From positions 18,370,819 through 18,434,818 of the forward strand of contig MU054323.1 in the NCBI GenBank assembly GCA_013239625.1: a stretch of 64,000 bases of DNA, given 5' to 3'. Each line of letters opens with the position of its first letter. Position 1 is the first letter of the stretch. This stretch comes from Lama guanicoe. Taxonomy: Eukaryota. Made by a program: the position numbers and the translations under genes. Positions 47,561 to 62,339 of the stretch are shown in pieces. The notes under the pieces were generated by a model, which worked only from the letters and a program-made list of their open reading frames with translations, was not told the DNA's origin and ran no database searches.

Positions 47561-50500
47561 AGACAGAATTAATCTCATATACAGCACCTTCTCAGGTTGT
47601 CTGTATTCCTGTTAGCATAAATACTACGCATTTTTAAATTAATCTACATGGCTCTCTTGGTGGACAATAACCTAGAAGCAGCCTGATCCATCTTTCTACC
47701 TCCTGTTATGTCTTGCACTTGTAACTTGTCCGCCTGGGTTTAATGGCATGAATTGATAAATTACAATGAGATTTCACAAGAGTCACCTGTGATATATAAT
47801 CTTCACCAAAACACTCACTAAACCACCCCCTCACGAGGGGAGCCCTTTGATTTTTGCTAACATGGCCCCATTCCCAGGGACAGGGCAGGGGGAAAATTTT
47901 CTAGTCTTTTCAGAGAATCTGATTTCCAAGACATTTTTGTGGTCGTGTGGAAAAGGGTATGGGAAATATGCTCTCAGATGGCATGGCTGGAATGAGGAAC
48001 GGGAGCTGTTTTGCCTTTTACACAGTTTCTGGAAAACACAGTAAAAACCAAAAAAGCATTTGTGCGGGTCAGCATTCTCAGTGCCGGAGCTGAAAGGTGC
48101 TATCAAGACAGCAACGTCCCATAGCCCTTTCTACCTAGGCCCTGGCCAAGAATCGCCATGAATGGCAAGTCACATCAGGCAGGACTTATGAGCTCTGGCT
48201 CAGGACTCTGGAGTCTCAACTAGCATTTGTGAAAGTCTCTCTGAAGAGAGAGTCCTCTGCTCCGGCCCAGCCTAGGCCCTGGCCAGCTCCAACAGAGAAG
48301 GAGGTGCATTTCAGAGCCCAAATAGGGCTCTGCTCCCTTTAGGCAACTTCCAAAGGAAGGCTTTAAGGAGATGGAGCTGGGAAGTTCTGGAAAGGGAAAG
48401 CCACATCTTAGAAAATGGACTTCTTTTTTCAAGAAGCAGAGCAGGAGTGGTGATTACTTCAACACCAGCTTCCAGGGGAGTGTCTGTGAGCTGGAATCCG
48501 CTAATGATGGTTATAGAAGGTAAATGGTCCCTGATCCTCAGGAAGTGACTCTTCATCCTGCTGCTCTTGAGGCTTTGTCTTTACTCAAATCTTGAGTGGA
48601 ATAAAGCTGTCCTGACTTCATTCTGATCTAATACTCAAAATCGGTCAGTCACAGGAGTCTGTTTATTCTTCTAAAGAAGTGTGGTAACAGTGGATTAGCT
48701 CCTGGCTTCTAATTTCTCCAACCAGCTCCACCAGCCAAAGAGCACAGCTTTATGGCCAGAGCTGCTGCATCAGCTGCAGCCTTTTCTCCTCCTTGTAACA
48801 GCAGAACAACAAAATGCGGGAAAATGCCACTTTTCCTGTTTTTTTTTTCCTCCTCCCCCCCACTGCGGCATTTATTTTCCTTACCTAATTCAAAGGTGTG
48901 CTGGGAAACTTAACTAAATCTGAAAGGAAAATGTTCTGGAAATCCTTAAGGTTGGAGTTGTGGTAGGGAGTAACTTCCAATCCGGGAGAACCTCCCCCGT
49001 CAGCTTCCTCACCCCAGGTACAAAACACAATATGACTAAGCAACATGTGGGAGAAAAGAGCCTGGGTGTTACAGTTACCCAATAAAGTCTCTTTTCACAT
49101 CCAGCAGAGGGTAAAGACTTGTGCAACTGTACAGTAACCAACACTGAGTATCCTACTGAGAGCATGCATACCGCGCACTGAAATGCAAAGACTGTCTCGT
49201 TTCAAAGTTTGCATACGGACATTCCTTACTGCACTCAGGCACAGACAGACTATTGGCTTATTATTATTATCCAAGATTTAAAATATAAATGGAAGCTAAA
49301 AGACTTGGCTCCCAAGAGCCTTTCCTTCCCCCAGCTGGAATGCTAGGTGAGATGTGTCTGTTTCATTCTCACACACTTTGCTTGGTTCAGTCTAGCACCG
49401 AAAGGAAAACATGCCAAGGCGTTTAGGGGAAGGGTGAAGCCCTGTTCCTGCTGGCATTAGTTGCCAGCAATTTTTAAAAGGATCATCATCATCCCTGTGA
49501 CAAGTCCTGCCCATTAAAAGAGAACAGTTACTGTAAGTATCCAAACGCTGCCTGCAAGGGGAACTTGACCTCTGAACAAATGCAGACACAGTTCCCATCA
49601 GCCCTCCCATATCCCTAAGCCCACCACCCCCAAACAACACCATCAGTCTTGAAAATCCTCGAGTTAGCCTTATTCCTTTGTCAGTGCAGTGATAACCTAC
49701 GCTTATACCCAATCGGTCCTGCCTCATTAAAGGTTCTTTCTGGAAGGATCCAATTTTCATTTGTTTTCTCTCTCATTCACTTATTGTCAAAAAAGTCTTG
49801 ATTCTTTATCAAGCCATTAGTTTCATTTTATCAAGATGACAATTCTACTAGATCTCGAGACAATCAAGGAGCTAGTGAGGGTGAAACATGATGTCAGAAC
49901 AACTGGCCCCATCAGCAGAAACAAAACAAAATAAAATCCAAACACTGTAAACTCTGTTTCCCTTTTCCCCTCAGTGGGAGGAGCAGGATATGAAAGTGAA
50001 TATGTAATGAAGTTAGTGTCTCCACTAATTTCATGGCTTCTCGTCCAATTGTCCTGGCATTATACTAAGAGTGGGACGTCATTATTATCTTTGACTTTTT
50101 GATAAGCCTAAAACACAAGTTAAACAAATGGTAAAACATGTGGCTCTCTGACAGGCAATGACCCATAAAAGAAAATAACAAACCGTTATTCAGAGAACAA
50201 GTCATCTGGAGAGTGTTATGTGGTTCATCAGGGACCACTTTAAAGGTGTTTGTTCAAAGCCTCCCTCTCAGAGACACCTACGCAAGAGCCATCAGCTGCC
50301 AATGAACTGGAGGAAGATTTCCATCTTCCCGACACACGCCTCTGTGACAGCCCTTTCCAAAATTACAAAAGAAAGCAAAGGCAAAGCGCAAAGAATGAAA
50401 ATGGAGGTTGCTCCGTTTTCTCTGGCCCCCGGCCCTTGAAAACATCGAAGCACAGCTCTGCATCTGGGCTTCGGCTCAGCTGTTCTTTGTGCCACGTGCA

Positions 50501-51419
50501 CAACAACTCCACCTCCAGAAGAATCTGGATGCTAATATATCCTTCATAGCCTTCCCAATACTGACAATGGGATCGAGCTAGACTGTCATTGACCAGGAAG
50601 GCTTTGAAAACAGAGATCTGTGCTCAGACAGAATGAAGATAACCAGAAAAAGCAGTGGTCTAGCATATTTATCCACCCCTCCCCCACTTTTTTTTCATTC
50701 TGAAAAACAAAACTGTGTGGTTGTTCACCCAGGGATTTTGACAGAGCTGAGGAAAATCAAGCTTGTAATTGTGTAATTGTGTAATTTTAGTGATTTAAGA
50801 GAAGTGGTGATCTTGGCTCATAATATGGAATACCTACAAATATGTAGCCCAGACCCTTGGGAAGTTAAGTTGGAAAACAAATTTCTTATCAGTAGAAAGT
50901 CCTGCACATGAATCTCATTTCCATCTTTTCCCAAAAGATTTCATTGAAAAATATATATGTATTTTTTTGTTAAAAATACATTTTTCTAACTTTCTTATTT
51001 TTGTTGTTGCTTAGTCCTGAATGGTTAATGCTCCCTCAGTCTCCTTTCCCATGAAGTCTGGCCAGTGCATGTCGGCCCTGCAAACAGCCGCTCACCAGTG
51101 GTCCCTGTTGCTCTGTGCAGCTGAGCAGTAGAGGATGCTCCCTACACTTCTTCAGGAGCTAAAAGGGGCAGAGCCCTGTACCCCTGAGAAGGAGCAAGCT
51201 TCATGCCTACATGGATAGGAGCAGGCTCTGACCTTCCTCCAGTCTCACCTTCACACATTTTGATAGTTTAGTTTTATACGCAGTGAACGTCAGAGATGGA
51301 AACATGATTATAAATGAGCCCTCTAAGCCACAGAGTACAACCTCACACAAAATCATCTTTGCAAAATGGTCAACCAGATCCCAGGAACAGAGAGACAGCA
51401 GGATTTTTTTTTCCAAGAC

Positions 51420-51560
51420 ACATTTATTAAGACCTTATCAACTGCTCTGAATTGGGTATTATTATCTTGATTTTGAGGAAAGAGAAACATGATGTTCACA
51501 ACTAGTAAGAGATGAAATGGGATCTTCAACCCAGGTCTGAGTTTTCAGCCCAATGCTGAG
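51420..51560 (-). mobile_element. MIR fragment
   Basis: gggtattattatcttgattttgaggaaa...ttcacaactagtaagagatgaaatgggatcttcaacccaggtctg. Confidence 0.6.
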
Positions 51561-52069
51561 TATGATTTGTCTAAACCTAGGGAATGACAACAGTGTCACC
51601 GACAGAAAGAGGGAGATCATAGTGTTTGCATATGAGATACTCTGGGTTTTCTTCTGAGCTTTGTGTGCCAACTTAAAATAATCACTCTCAGTTAAACAAA
51701 ATATCAGTATTTTGCTCATACAGGGTAAGGGCACTGGCAGTGCTTTTGATTCTGTTCATTTCTCTTCACTAGATAATCACAATGTTACTTTTACAACAAA
51801 ATAACTTGTTAATCCAATCAACTGAATCATAGAAATAATCCCCGGGCATCAAAAAAAGGATGAACTTTTTTTTTTTTTTGTAGTTTTCATTTGGCACTTC
51901 TTCATGGCTTTTACTAATGGACTATTATTGCCTGAAGTCTTTTACATGATCTTCTGATTGAAGATTAACTGCCAAAATCATGTTTGAAACACTAGTAATA
52001 TTGCAGAAAACCCCTAAGAGAAAATGTGAGAACCAGAAGGGCTCTCTAAGAGCCAGAGTTTGGAACTCT

Positions 52070-52180
52070 GGGCTGGTTATCTGTTTTTGCTGTTCACTGC
52101 TCAATACCCAGTGCCTAGAATAGTGTCTGGCACATCGTAGACCATGGTAGCTAATAGATGTCTCTTCAATGAATGAATGG
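52070..52180 (+). mobile_element. L2 3' terminus
   Basis: tgttcactgctcaataccccagtgcctagaatagtgtctggcacatcgtag...aatgaatgaatg. Confidence 0.8.
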
Positions 52181-54697
52181 AATCCTCCACTGTGGTGCCT
52201 TCTGCAGCTTCTAGGGGAAGACTTTCATTCCATTTTTAAACTCCATTTTATCTTCAAAGGGAAGAGACTTCATTTTAGGGATAATCCCAGGTTCACAGGA
52301 AGGCATCTGCTCTTTATTTGTTTCTGATCCAAACTTTCACACTGTAGTCTAAGCAGCAAACTCAGAGCAGGTCACAAACGATAGGTGATACCTCCTGTAG
52401 CTTGCCAATATTTCATATGCGTTTATTTTGAGAGGTAACCAATGCTGGAAACAGGCTTATGTTAAGACTATTCCATGAACTTTCTTTAAAATGCAATCAT
52501 TGATTGTAGAGAGGATTTTGTGGCCGATGAACTCCTTGAGGATCACACTTTGAGGGCCCAAAGGGGAAAGACTTGGCTACCCCTTAATGACTGGTCTATA
52601 AAATAAGAGGTTTATATTCTAAGGCAGCTGGGCCAAGGTGCCAATCTAATGAGCTTTGTACTAGGCAAAGGGTGTCTCTGTCCCATTGATGACTTTCTTC
52701 ATAGCCCTGAGCTAAGATGGACAAATATGCTCACTCACAGTCCATTAGGAACCATTCTTAAAATAGCTTTCCAAACCAAACAACCAGGGACCTACCATGT
52801 GGAACTTGGAGCAACTGATGATTCCATGCCCTGTGGATCATGGTATCTTCTAAGTCACATGTGTTTAATTGGTCTGATGGTCTGATCAAAGTTGTGATTG
52901 AACTAGCTCTGTATATGCGTTCTCCCCTGCACTTTCAGCTTGCACCCAGTGAGGTGGAAGTGGATGTGATGGTGGACAGGATGGAGTCAGATCATCAGGC
53001 CATTATGGAGTCAGACTTTAATAAAGTGACCGCCTATGGTCCTTAAGTATGTCTACCCTCTTCCAGATGTGTAACAGATCATCAAGTCCCCGCCGCCTCC
53101 AAAACACGCACGTACACACATCACACTTCCTAAAAAGTATTTTAAACGATTTGGAGCATAATAGATATTATACTAAGCTTCCATATGAGACAGTCTGTCA
53201 GTAAATATTCCTTAAATATTACCACCTTGAGACCACAGTAAAGTGCAACTTGCAGTATTGTGTATTCTAGTCTAGTTGACTAGAGAAAACAAACACAAAT
53301 ACAATGACTACAGAGCAATGCAATTCTATAGGTGCAGAATTAAGTGGTTGGTTGAGATGTCAGTAATGAAGAATATTTAAAATAGCTTTATTTCCAAAAC
53401 ACATTTGTAAGTTGTCAGCAGTCTATATATGTTCTCAGAAAAATCGTGGGAGTGAGGCACTCACAAAAGCTTATATTATCCATAGTGGCCCTGGATCAGA
53501 GACTTATGAACTCAGGATACTCTATTGTTCCAAGAAAGTCAGTATCTGGGATGCTTGGGAAACTGCCCAGAAGCTCCCAGCAAAGGGTAATCCTACTCCT
53601 GAATCTCTCAGGCAACCAGGTAGGGAAGGTTTGTGTATGTCTGTGTGTGTGCATATGGGCAAGGGAAAGGGGGTTCTTAGCTCCAACTCACTCTATCAAG
53701 ATGACAGGGCCATGAAGGCTGGAGGGAGGGACAGGGGAGGATGAGGGGTGGGGACTGGAAGGATAGGAAACTGAAATGGGGGCTCTGCATGGGCTGATAC
53801 TGAAGCGCCATCCTGGCAAGTAGGAGGGTGAGAGCTGGTCTCCTGTCTTCCCACTACATTAACTCACCGTGGGATGCTAAGCCAGGCACCTTCTTCCTCT
53901 ATATCAAGAAAGAATGGTACAGCGGTAAAGAGTAAACTGCGATTTCATTCTTTTGCTCCTGGCTAGCTCCAGAGGGCAGAGAGAAGGGATGGGAACAGAA
54001 GGCATTGCTCATCATGGACACCACTCTGTCTTGCCAAGCCCCAGATCATGGTTTCTGCAGGGATTCTGGAAAGGGGAGGAGCACGCACGATATTATGAAA
54101 CTTTAATGGGGCAGTGGCCCGAAGCAACAAGGAAAAGAAAAAGAAGTGGATTTTAGTGTGAAAGCAGCTCCTGTTCCTTTGGCTCAGAAACCACTTCTGC
54201 TTTCCCCTTCCGCTGTCCTCATCCGCACTGTTCTCTGCAGACTCTCTGTGAACCATATGCGGTGCTTAAGGCAAGGTGGTCTGTTCTGAAAATAAACCCA
54301 TCATGGGGCCTGGATTCATGACAGTGTTTTCATGAATTTTCATCGGAAAAATAAATACATACACCCATGGAGAATTGTTCCTAGGGCTTCACACGTGAAA
54401 TAAAGTTCTCATCTGCTCTGTTTTTATTTAACAGAATCACATTTTAGGAAAGCGAATCATTTGACATGAAGATAAGGATTTCTACAAAATAGGTTGCAAG
54501 GGGAATGCACGTTTTGCTGAAGAAAAAGAGAAACTGTAGAAGCTCCACGAGGGGGGTTCTGGCTCAGTGGTATGAGATGAGGTGGTCTTGTCAGCCTTGC
54601 TGGCTTTGACTTCGCCAAAATTCTCCCTCACGTCCTGCCCTCTGACTTCCCCACCTGTACCTCAGCACTCAAGCTGAGGATAACTTCAAAGTGAGCA

Positions 54698-55448
54698 CAG
54701 GCATATCCTCATCTTATTACACTTCATTTTATTGTGCGTGGCAAATATTGTGTGTGGGTTTTTTTTTTTTAAATTAAAGATTTATAGCAACCCTGCAATG
54801 AACAAGTCTTTCAGTGCCATTTTTCCAACAGTATCTGCTCACTTCTGGTCTCTGTGTCACATTTTGGTGATTCTCAAAATATTTCAAACTTTTCCATTAT
54901 TATTACATTTGTCGTGGTGATCCGTGATCTTTGTTGTTACTACTGTAACTGTTTTGAGGTTCCATGGACCATGCCCATATAAGACAGCAAATGTGTGTGT
55001 TTTGACTGCTTCAAAGACCAGCCAAGCTCCCATATTTCTCCCTCTTCTTGGGTCTCCCCATTCCCTGAGCCACAATAATATTGAAATTAGGCCAGTTAAT
55101 AACCCTACAATGACCTCCAGTTGTTCAAGTGAAAGAGTCAATCAGTGAGGCAAAACTTCTTCGCTGTCTTATTCTAAGAAGTTATCACAGCCACCCCAAC
55201 CTTCAGCAATATCTACCCTGATCAGTTAGCAGCCGTCAACATCAAGGTAAGGCCCTCCACCAACAAAAAGATTACTGCTGGCTGAACAGTTAGCATTTTT
55301 TAGCAATAAAGTATTTTTTAATTGAGGTATGTACTGTTTTTTAGACATCATGCTATTACACACATCACAGACTACAGTATAGTATAAATATAACTTCCAT
55401 ATGTACATGGAAACCAAAAAATTCATGTGACTTGCTTTATTGCAATAT
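54698..55448 (+). mobile_element. Internally deleted Tigger1 (TcMar-Tigger; Tigger1a-type), right TIR missing
   Basis: Left end caggcatatcctc...; Tigger1 5' part to gttcaagtgaaag joined at ~55135 to the 3' part agtcaatc...cagccaccccaaccttcagca...ggaaaccaaaaaattcatgtgacttgctttattgcaatat. Confidence 0.92.
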
Positions 55449-55504
55449 GTATATATATATACATATATATGTGTGTGTGTATATATGTATATACACACAC
55501 ACAT
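55446..55504. repeat. Mixed (TA)/(TG)/(CA) microsatellite
   Basis: Seen directly; abuts the truncated Tigger1 end. Confidence 0.9.
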
Positions 55505-58419
55505 AGTATTAGATTAGTAAGCAGAGATAGGGTTTGAGGGAGCAGAGTGGAAGACAAACATATTTTGGTAGGTAGTTGGACCTAGGAAAAATCTTAAGCA
55601 AGCATTCTATTGGAGGAGTAAGCGTTCTGGAATAGTGGATTTTGGATAACATAAGGGTACTTGCAGGAAATTTGAAGGATAGAGAATTAGTGTCTCAAGT
55701 TTGTGAGCTGGACAGTTGGCTTTACCAAATCAAGGCCCCTATCTTTCTCATTGCTGGGCCTTGATGGTGCCAGGATCATATTCAAGTTCAATAAATATTT
55801 GAAATAACGAGGAATGTGGTTTAAAAGGCAAAAAAATTACTGTTTTTCAAAAGTTTTCCTGTGTTTTTATCTTAGTTTGGAACAGAGGTAGATAGCATAG
55901 TTCGGGCAAATTCTGCATCTTCTATTTGACCTGTATATCAATTCTCACAAAATGTAGAGATAACATCAGATCTTAAACTTACGTTCTTCCCACGATTACT
56001 TCATCCCCTCCTATAGATAAGGAAGCCAAGCTGATACATTTTCAAAGAAAAAGACTGGCAGCATCAGGACCAGATTTACAGTAATGAATTTCCTGGGATA
56101 ACTCGCTGCTTTCTCATCCAGCTTGACTGTCCTACAAATCTTTGTTAGATGCTCAAAAAGAATTAAGAGAATTAAAGCAAAGGGAAATTGTGTCCCTAAA
56201 AAACCACAATGCATTTTTTTGAAACCAGAAAACAAAGAATATTATATTTGCTCTATGTAACTTTATGTTTCAGTCATCAGGACTTAAACGACCACAAAGA
56301 TTCCATTATCATGTTTAATAATGAGTAATGACTTTTCTCTTTTTTCACAGATAGTTTAAAGTAGTCCAGGTCAGTATTTCCTTGTCCTCACCTTTAATAT
56401 ACAGCAGTTAAAAACCAAAACCAAAATAAAAAATGTTTCAAGCAACTTGGTTAAACTTCGAGTTCAACTCCACCTCACCCCACAACTCTGATGTTATCCC
56501 CGTGATTGGTGCCCATGACAGAACTGTGTAACGACTGGGCGTATTTTCTAGACATAGAAATTCAATGCAATATATAGCAAGCAAAGTTTATGCCAACTGA
56601 ACACCTATGTTCTTGATTATTAGAAGTGTTGTCTCAAAACAAACTTGCCAGTCTACAATGTAAAGCCAGAGCTCAGCCAAAGGGAAGAGGGGTCCAGAGT
56701 GTTAAATCAGTGGTTTTGAGTTTATGATTCCATGGCTTTATGTCTGAGTTCCTTACTTTGCTCAACAAAATCTAAAAAATAAAAACAGAGGCTATACATT
56801 ATCAGTAGGGAGGTTAAGTTTCATGCTGAAATTCTCTGTTACCTGGATCCCAAACTGGGAGTCTCTTGGTTAAAACCCAGGGTTTTGCTGTCACGACATG
56901 ACTCACTCCCATTTGTAGATGAGTCCCTGGGATATTTTTTCTCCAAGAGGAAGGAAAGTGGGGTACATGTCTAGCAATGGCGCCATGGAGACTTGCATTT
57001 TAAAAAGGCCCGCTGGTGGCTCTGCACCATCACTCCAGAGCAGCCCTGATTTAATCGCCTCTGAGGGAACCAAACTCTATTATTATGATGATGATTTGAC
57101 CTCAACTAGTGTAAGAATAACTTTATGTGTCCCTCAAAAATCCCTTTGTTATTTTATGTTAATGGATTTTTATCCATTGGATTTTTCAGCTAATGTGAAA
57201 TTTTTATCCTATTTTCATAAAGCAAGTTAGAATGGATTCACTCTTAACTTTTACTGCCAGGTTGAAGTTATACTCAGTGACAACAACATGGTGATTATTG
57301 GAAAGGCCCCTTTCCCTCTTTCGCAATCTACCAGCTCACTTTCAAATTCTTACAAGCTGCAAATTGTTAAAAACACCCGTGCATTCAACATATATGGGAA
57401 ATCTAACAGCACATTAACTTGTCACACCACATGGTTAACTGTACAATTGTTTTATAGTCTGTCTTTACATGTCCATGGTGAATTAAATATAAACTACATT
57501 AAAAGTTTTTACTTGTGATTTAGAGGAAAGAAAGCAAGAAAAGAAGGAGGGAAAACTGAGCAATGAGGTTAACATACAGAGTTTTCTCTTTCTAGGACAC
57601 TCACATTCTCATCGGGGCAATAGCAAAAGAAAAAATAAATGTATTTTCAGGACTTTTCTACCTATGATGTTAATGTATAGTAGAGGACTCTTCAAATGTC
57701 TACTGCTGACAAGTCAGACTAATTGATCTGTCCTTTCTCTCATTTTTATTTCCCCTGCCTCATAACGTGATAGCCTTTTGGAGGGCTTGGCAATAAAATT
57801 GCCAACCAACCAGGGAGTCTCATGTGGGGCTTTGGGCTTTCTTTCCAGTGTCTGAGCTGGATTTGGGGTCAAGCTGCCGTGGAACAGCTCCTTCCAGAGA
57901 CACCCCTCTGGAGAGACCCCTGGTCACCTGGCATGATCTCCATGATTATCCATCTTGGGGACAAATCTATCCCAGGAAAGCTCATTTCAGAATATAATAC
58001 GGTGTGGATTCAAGACCTAACTGAGGGAAGTACACCCAGAGGAGTAATTGTGAGCTTTTAAATCAATAACATCTTGGAAGCCTTCTGTAAATTGACTTCA
58101 GAAAATAATGGTTCCCTTCTCAACAAACCACTGTACCTTCTGATTTGTCTTTTGTGAAGTCATTCTGAGGAAAGGGCTGAACCTGGTGATTTTAGACCTT
58201 GAAGAGTGTCAACAGGGGATCAAAGAGTGTTCTGTCATCCTGCATATTGTCTTACCAAAGTCAGTGATAAGAGCGTCTGTTCCTTCATCCTTCGTCTAGT
58301 GGACTTTCAGGAAGGGCAGAGAGAATAGGCATTTAGAAATTCGCCCTCAGCTGACTTTGAGAGGCCACCGATCAGGTTGGAGGAGGGGCCTGTGTACTAC
58401 CCCATCTTCATTCTGGGTT

Positions 58420-58880
58420 ACTTTCTCCCTCAGTTTGGTCCAGTGGCCTTCCCTCCTCTCCTTGAGTAGATCACATTTTTTTTCCCTCCCACAAAATCTC
58501 CATACACGCTGTTTCTTTTGTCTTAAATGTGCTTCGGTCTTGAATTCCTTTTCCTAAATCTTTTTTTTTTAATTGAAGTATAGTTCAGTTGCAGTCAGTT
58601 TCTGGTGTACAGCATAATGTTCCAGTCAGATGCTAGATTTTTATCCACATGATACTTCCTTAGCAAAGAATTTCCCTGACCACCTAATCTAAGTCAGGCC
58701 TCCTGTTTCAGTTTTTACTGAATCCTTTCATTCTTACAGCATTTTTTTTTCATAACCTGCATTTACACTTTGGTATGTTCTCCTTTCTTATTTCTGTGAT
58801 TCCTACTGGCATGAAATCTTCACAAAGGTAGGGAACGTACATGTAACAGGCAGTAGGAACTAAATACATATTTGCTGTGT
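58420..58880 (+). mobile_element. L2 3' region interrupted by a short L1 tail
   Basis: cacgctgtttcttttgtcttaaatgtgctt...acttccttagcaaagaatttccctgaccacctaatctaagtcagg...cagtaggaactaaatacatatttgctg. Confidence 0.65.
58561..58632 (-). mobile_element. Short LINE-1 3' tail
   Basis: Poly-T + aattgaagtatagttcagtt...tttctggtgtacagcataatgttccagtca; possible TSD ctaaatcttt / ctagattttt. Confidence 0.8.
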
Positions 58881-59639
58881 GTAAGAATTTTTTTAAAAAG
58901 GTAAATGACTGGAGTCTCTGAAAAAAACCTCTCAGCCATACCGGATTTTAAATAAAGTTGTATTGATGTGACTGTGTTCAATTAAAAAAACCCCTAAACT
59001 TGGAGTTTTAGGGTTTGCATACGAATCAGTGGGAGTTTCAATCATTCATATTTTAAAACCACATTTTTCTCAGTAGAAGCAGGTGAAATTTAAACACTTC
59101 TAATTTTCCCATAATATCAGAGAGTTTGTAATCTGTAACTTCATAGGGCTTTACAAGAAAAATCATTGTATTGATGCTAAGTGAAGGGTAGAGAAAGCAA
59201 TTCTGTTAAGCTTTTGACCTAGTTTCTCTCTGGTTTCTTCAAGGCAATTGAAAAGTCCTCAGTTGGGTACAATTTGTTGGGTGATAGTCCACTGCTATCC
59301 AGGGGCATATAGATGAAGTATGTTCTACAGGCTTGTTTATGGTCTGTTTGTTCACATAATTTTTTGTCATCAAAAAAAGTCAAACTCTTGATGTTATTTA
59401 ATCAAGTTGTATAAAATAAGATATCTAGATGTTACTTTAGAAATAGTATGAATTGGTACACAGTTCAAGGTGTTTTCAATTATTATATGAAGGTTTATGT
59501 ATCAGGTTTAGAAAGTTTTGTGTATATAAAGCATTAGGATCAGTAGAATCCATGACAACTGATTTAATGTTTTCAGTAAAGAGCTGAATAGTAAAAGGGA
59601 AGTCAACTAGAATTTGCTGCTCACGCCTCAGACTGCAGT

Positions 59640-60300
59640 GAGATATCTTTATGGCCAAGATTATCAAGGAGATGATTTATGCAAGATTATTTATGCATAA
59701 CCTTGAATCCAGCAATTCTACTTCTAGGAGCTTATAGATTTTTTTTTTACAAGTGCATAAAAATTCGTAAGGTAGCATTTTTGTTAAAAAAAAATCTGGA
59801 AACAACTTTAATGTCCATCAATATGGGATTTTTTTTCCCTGACATATACGGTTTGCTATCTGCTAGAAATTGTTCTAAGTATTCTCATGCAATGACTCAG
59901 TTAATCTTCGTAACAACAGAAATCTTTAGTTATTGCCTGCACTTTGATGATGAGGCAAAGGAGCTTATGGGAGGCCGCAGAAATGTCAAGTAGCCAAACT
60001 AGGCTTTGAATCCAAGCAAGAATTTTTAAAAAGGAGGTAGACCTAAATTTGCTGATAAAATATCCAGGACAAATTTTTAGGTTAAGAGAAGAAGCAAGTT
60101 GCATAATAGCAGATACAGTTCTAATTAAGTAGTGCTATCTATGTATACCTACCTATAGATATAAATGCCTAGAAAAGGTCCAGAAGTTTCTGTCCAAACC
60201 AATCAGCAGCTATGTCTTATTTGTAACAGAGGTTTAACATGGGCTTTCAACTTTTACTTTTTTAAAAACTTCTGAATAATTTTAATTTTATATTTTTAAA
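59640..60300 (+). mobile_element. Ancient L1 (L1ME-like) 3' region with an antisense MIR inserted at ~59845-60020
   Basis: ccttgaatccagcaattctacttctagga...tggaaacaactttaatgtccatcaatatggga; gaagaagcaagttgcataatag; MIR: aaattgttctaagtattctcatgc...actttgatgatgagg...gctttgaatccaagc. Confidence 0.65.
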
Positions 60301-62339
60301 TGGCAAAGGAAAAATGTATTTCCTGGGTTATTAAAATAAAATTAAATGTAGCCTCCATGTCCATCCTTGCCCTAAAAGCAACAATTGAAAAGATATAACA
60401 CTTGCTGGTCATATTTTTGTTTCCTAATAATGAAAAGATGTAATTAAAGAATCTAATTTTATACAGCCTATATTCACATGTACATATACTCTTATGTTGC
60501 AAGTATACCATTCTGAAAAGATGATTTCACTGAGGAAAAAAAAAAGATCAGAAGGAAAGTTAGACTGTTAAGTCCAGAACTTCCTCAGATTTCTTTAGAA
60601 ACATAGTATTTCCAAGAAAAACGATGACTACAGCGAATCCATAAAGATGACCAAATTACTTAACAAACAGTGAATTCAAAAGGAATATAATGAATATAAA
60701 AATCATAATGGAATTTGTGATGATTTGTTGTATAACATGGTCATTCTAAAAGAAAGGTTTCATCTGTTTTTTTTTAAATCCATCTATAAACATGACTAAA
60801 GAAATGAGAAAATTCTTTGTCCTGATAATTGTTTTATTTATCTAATGTCAGGCTACAGAATTCTTCTACATGATGAATGATAAATGGCAGGATTAGAGTC
60901 CAGCAGGTTTTGATCACAAGAAGGAAAATGTGGTAACAGAAAGACCTGTGAATCATAACATTGTTGACACGAATTTTAAGTCCTATATAGTGATAATGTG
61001 ATCGAAAGATTGTTAATCCTATAAATTCTATGCAGTTTAATAGGCTCCTAGTCACAGAAGCACTGTACTCTCAGTCCATCCACAATCTACTTTTAGAATA
61101 CACTGCGTTTGGAGATAAGGCTATCATTAAAGCTTTAAGGCAACACTCCTCTTTCCTGCTACCTCTCCAAGGGCTCATTCTTGAGAGCAGGAGAAGGAGG
61201 GGAGAGGGAAGAGAGAGCGTGTGCCCAAGGAAGGAGGCTGCAGGTGGTAAAGAGAGAATGACATTTATAGCATCCAAGCACCATACTGAGAATTTGAAAA
61301 CTGCCCTTACTGCTCTTGGGCTTTGACTAGATAACCTAATAATTTATTCAATTTTGCAAAGAAATAAGGAACAGGCCTCAGTCTACTTTCCTTAATCCAT
61401 TTAGTCAGATCTGATTTGCATTGTACATTAGTACTCCCTCTGTGGCAACTGAAGAATATTAAAAGTGATTCTGCGGAAAAGAAAAAAACATGAAGTGCTT
61501 CAGGGACTTTTCTTAACTAGGAGAGCCCAAGGGCAGAATGACTTGGTCCTCAAATTTCTAGGAATAACATCTCCTTGTTGAGAGCATCTTAAAATATGCA
61601 GATGCTGCAGCCCGACTCCTAAGAACTTTCAGTTGTTTAGTGAGAGAGAGAGAGAGTAAAGATACGAGCCAAGCAAGAGCAGTAAACTGATTTCTGATTT
61701 CTTTTTCATGAGGATGTTATGCCTCATTTAGGAGCTCCACTAAACTTCCAATTAAAATGAGATTTTGCTACCTTCCATGACTTTCAGGAACATTTTCCTA
61801 TATTTTGTTATTAACTATATGGGTGGGGAAAACTGGTAGGTTCTTCAAACTCCCCATTAACTAAGGGACTTTTGGTAAGTGGACATTTAAAATTGCGACT
61901 GAATGCTAAATTGTATGTTTTCTCTGCCCAAATGCATGCTAATGAATGGGAACACTAGGTGTAGCTACTACGTACTTAAAATATCCATCATTTCTTCTAC
62001 AAATATGTTGAAACAAAATACTGAATATAAAAGATTTGTTATCTTATATACAAAATTCAAACAGTTGTTTTAAAGCAAACAGAAAAAAGTAAAAATTTGC
62101 CTCTCTATAGGAATAAGTTAATTCATGGAGAACTCAGCAAAACTGAAGTTATTAAGGCTAAGATTTTCATTTGTAAGAAACCCACCCCTTAATATCCATT
62201 CAGGGTACAGATTCCTAAATTCTACTTCTGATTCCTTTTTATTTCTCTGTTTTACCAAATCAAATGAAATGAAAGACAAAGTTCTGCTAAAAGTATTCAA
62301 TACAAATGAAACAGCCTAGTCATTGTAATTAATTGTGTT

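Noticed and set aside
48880..48935. Minus-strand ~35-nt micro-exon (tttcctttcag|...tag|gtaagg)
   Set aside because: Not frame-preserving, no partner exons identified, and such sites are expected by chance in 64 kb
50250..50549. 99-aa hydrophilic ORF as an exon
   Set aside because: Protein-like composition but unrecognised, and only a weak donor (GAG|gttgct)
58988..59016. Hairpin aaacccctaaact...agttttagggttt
   Set aside because: Short, imperfect and low-complexity; too small for a pre-miRNA
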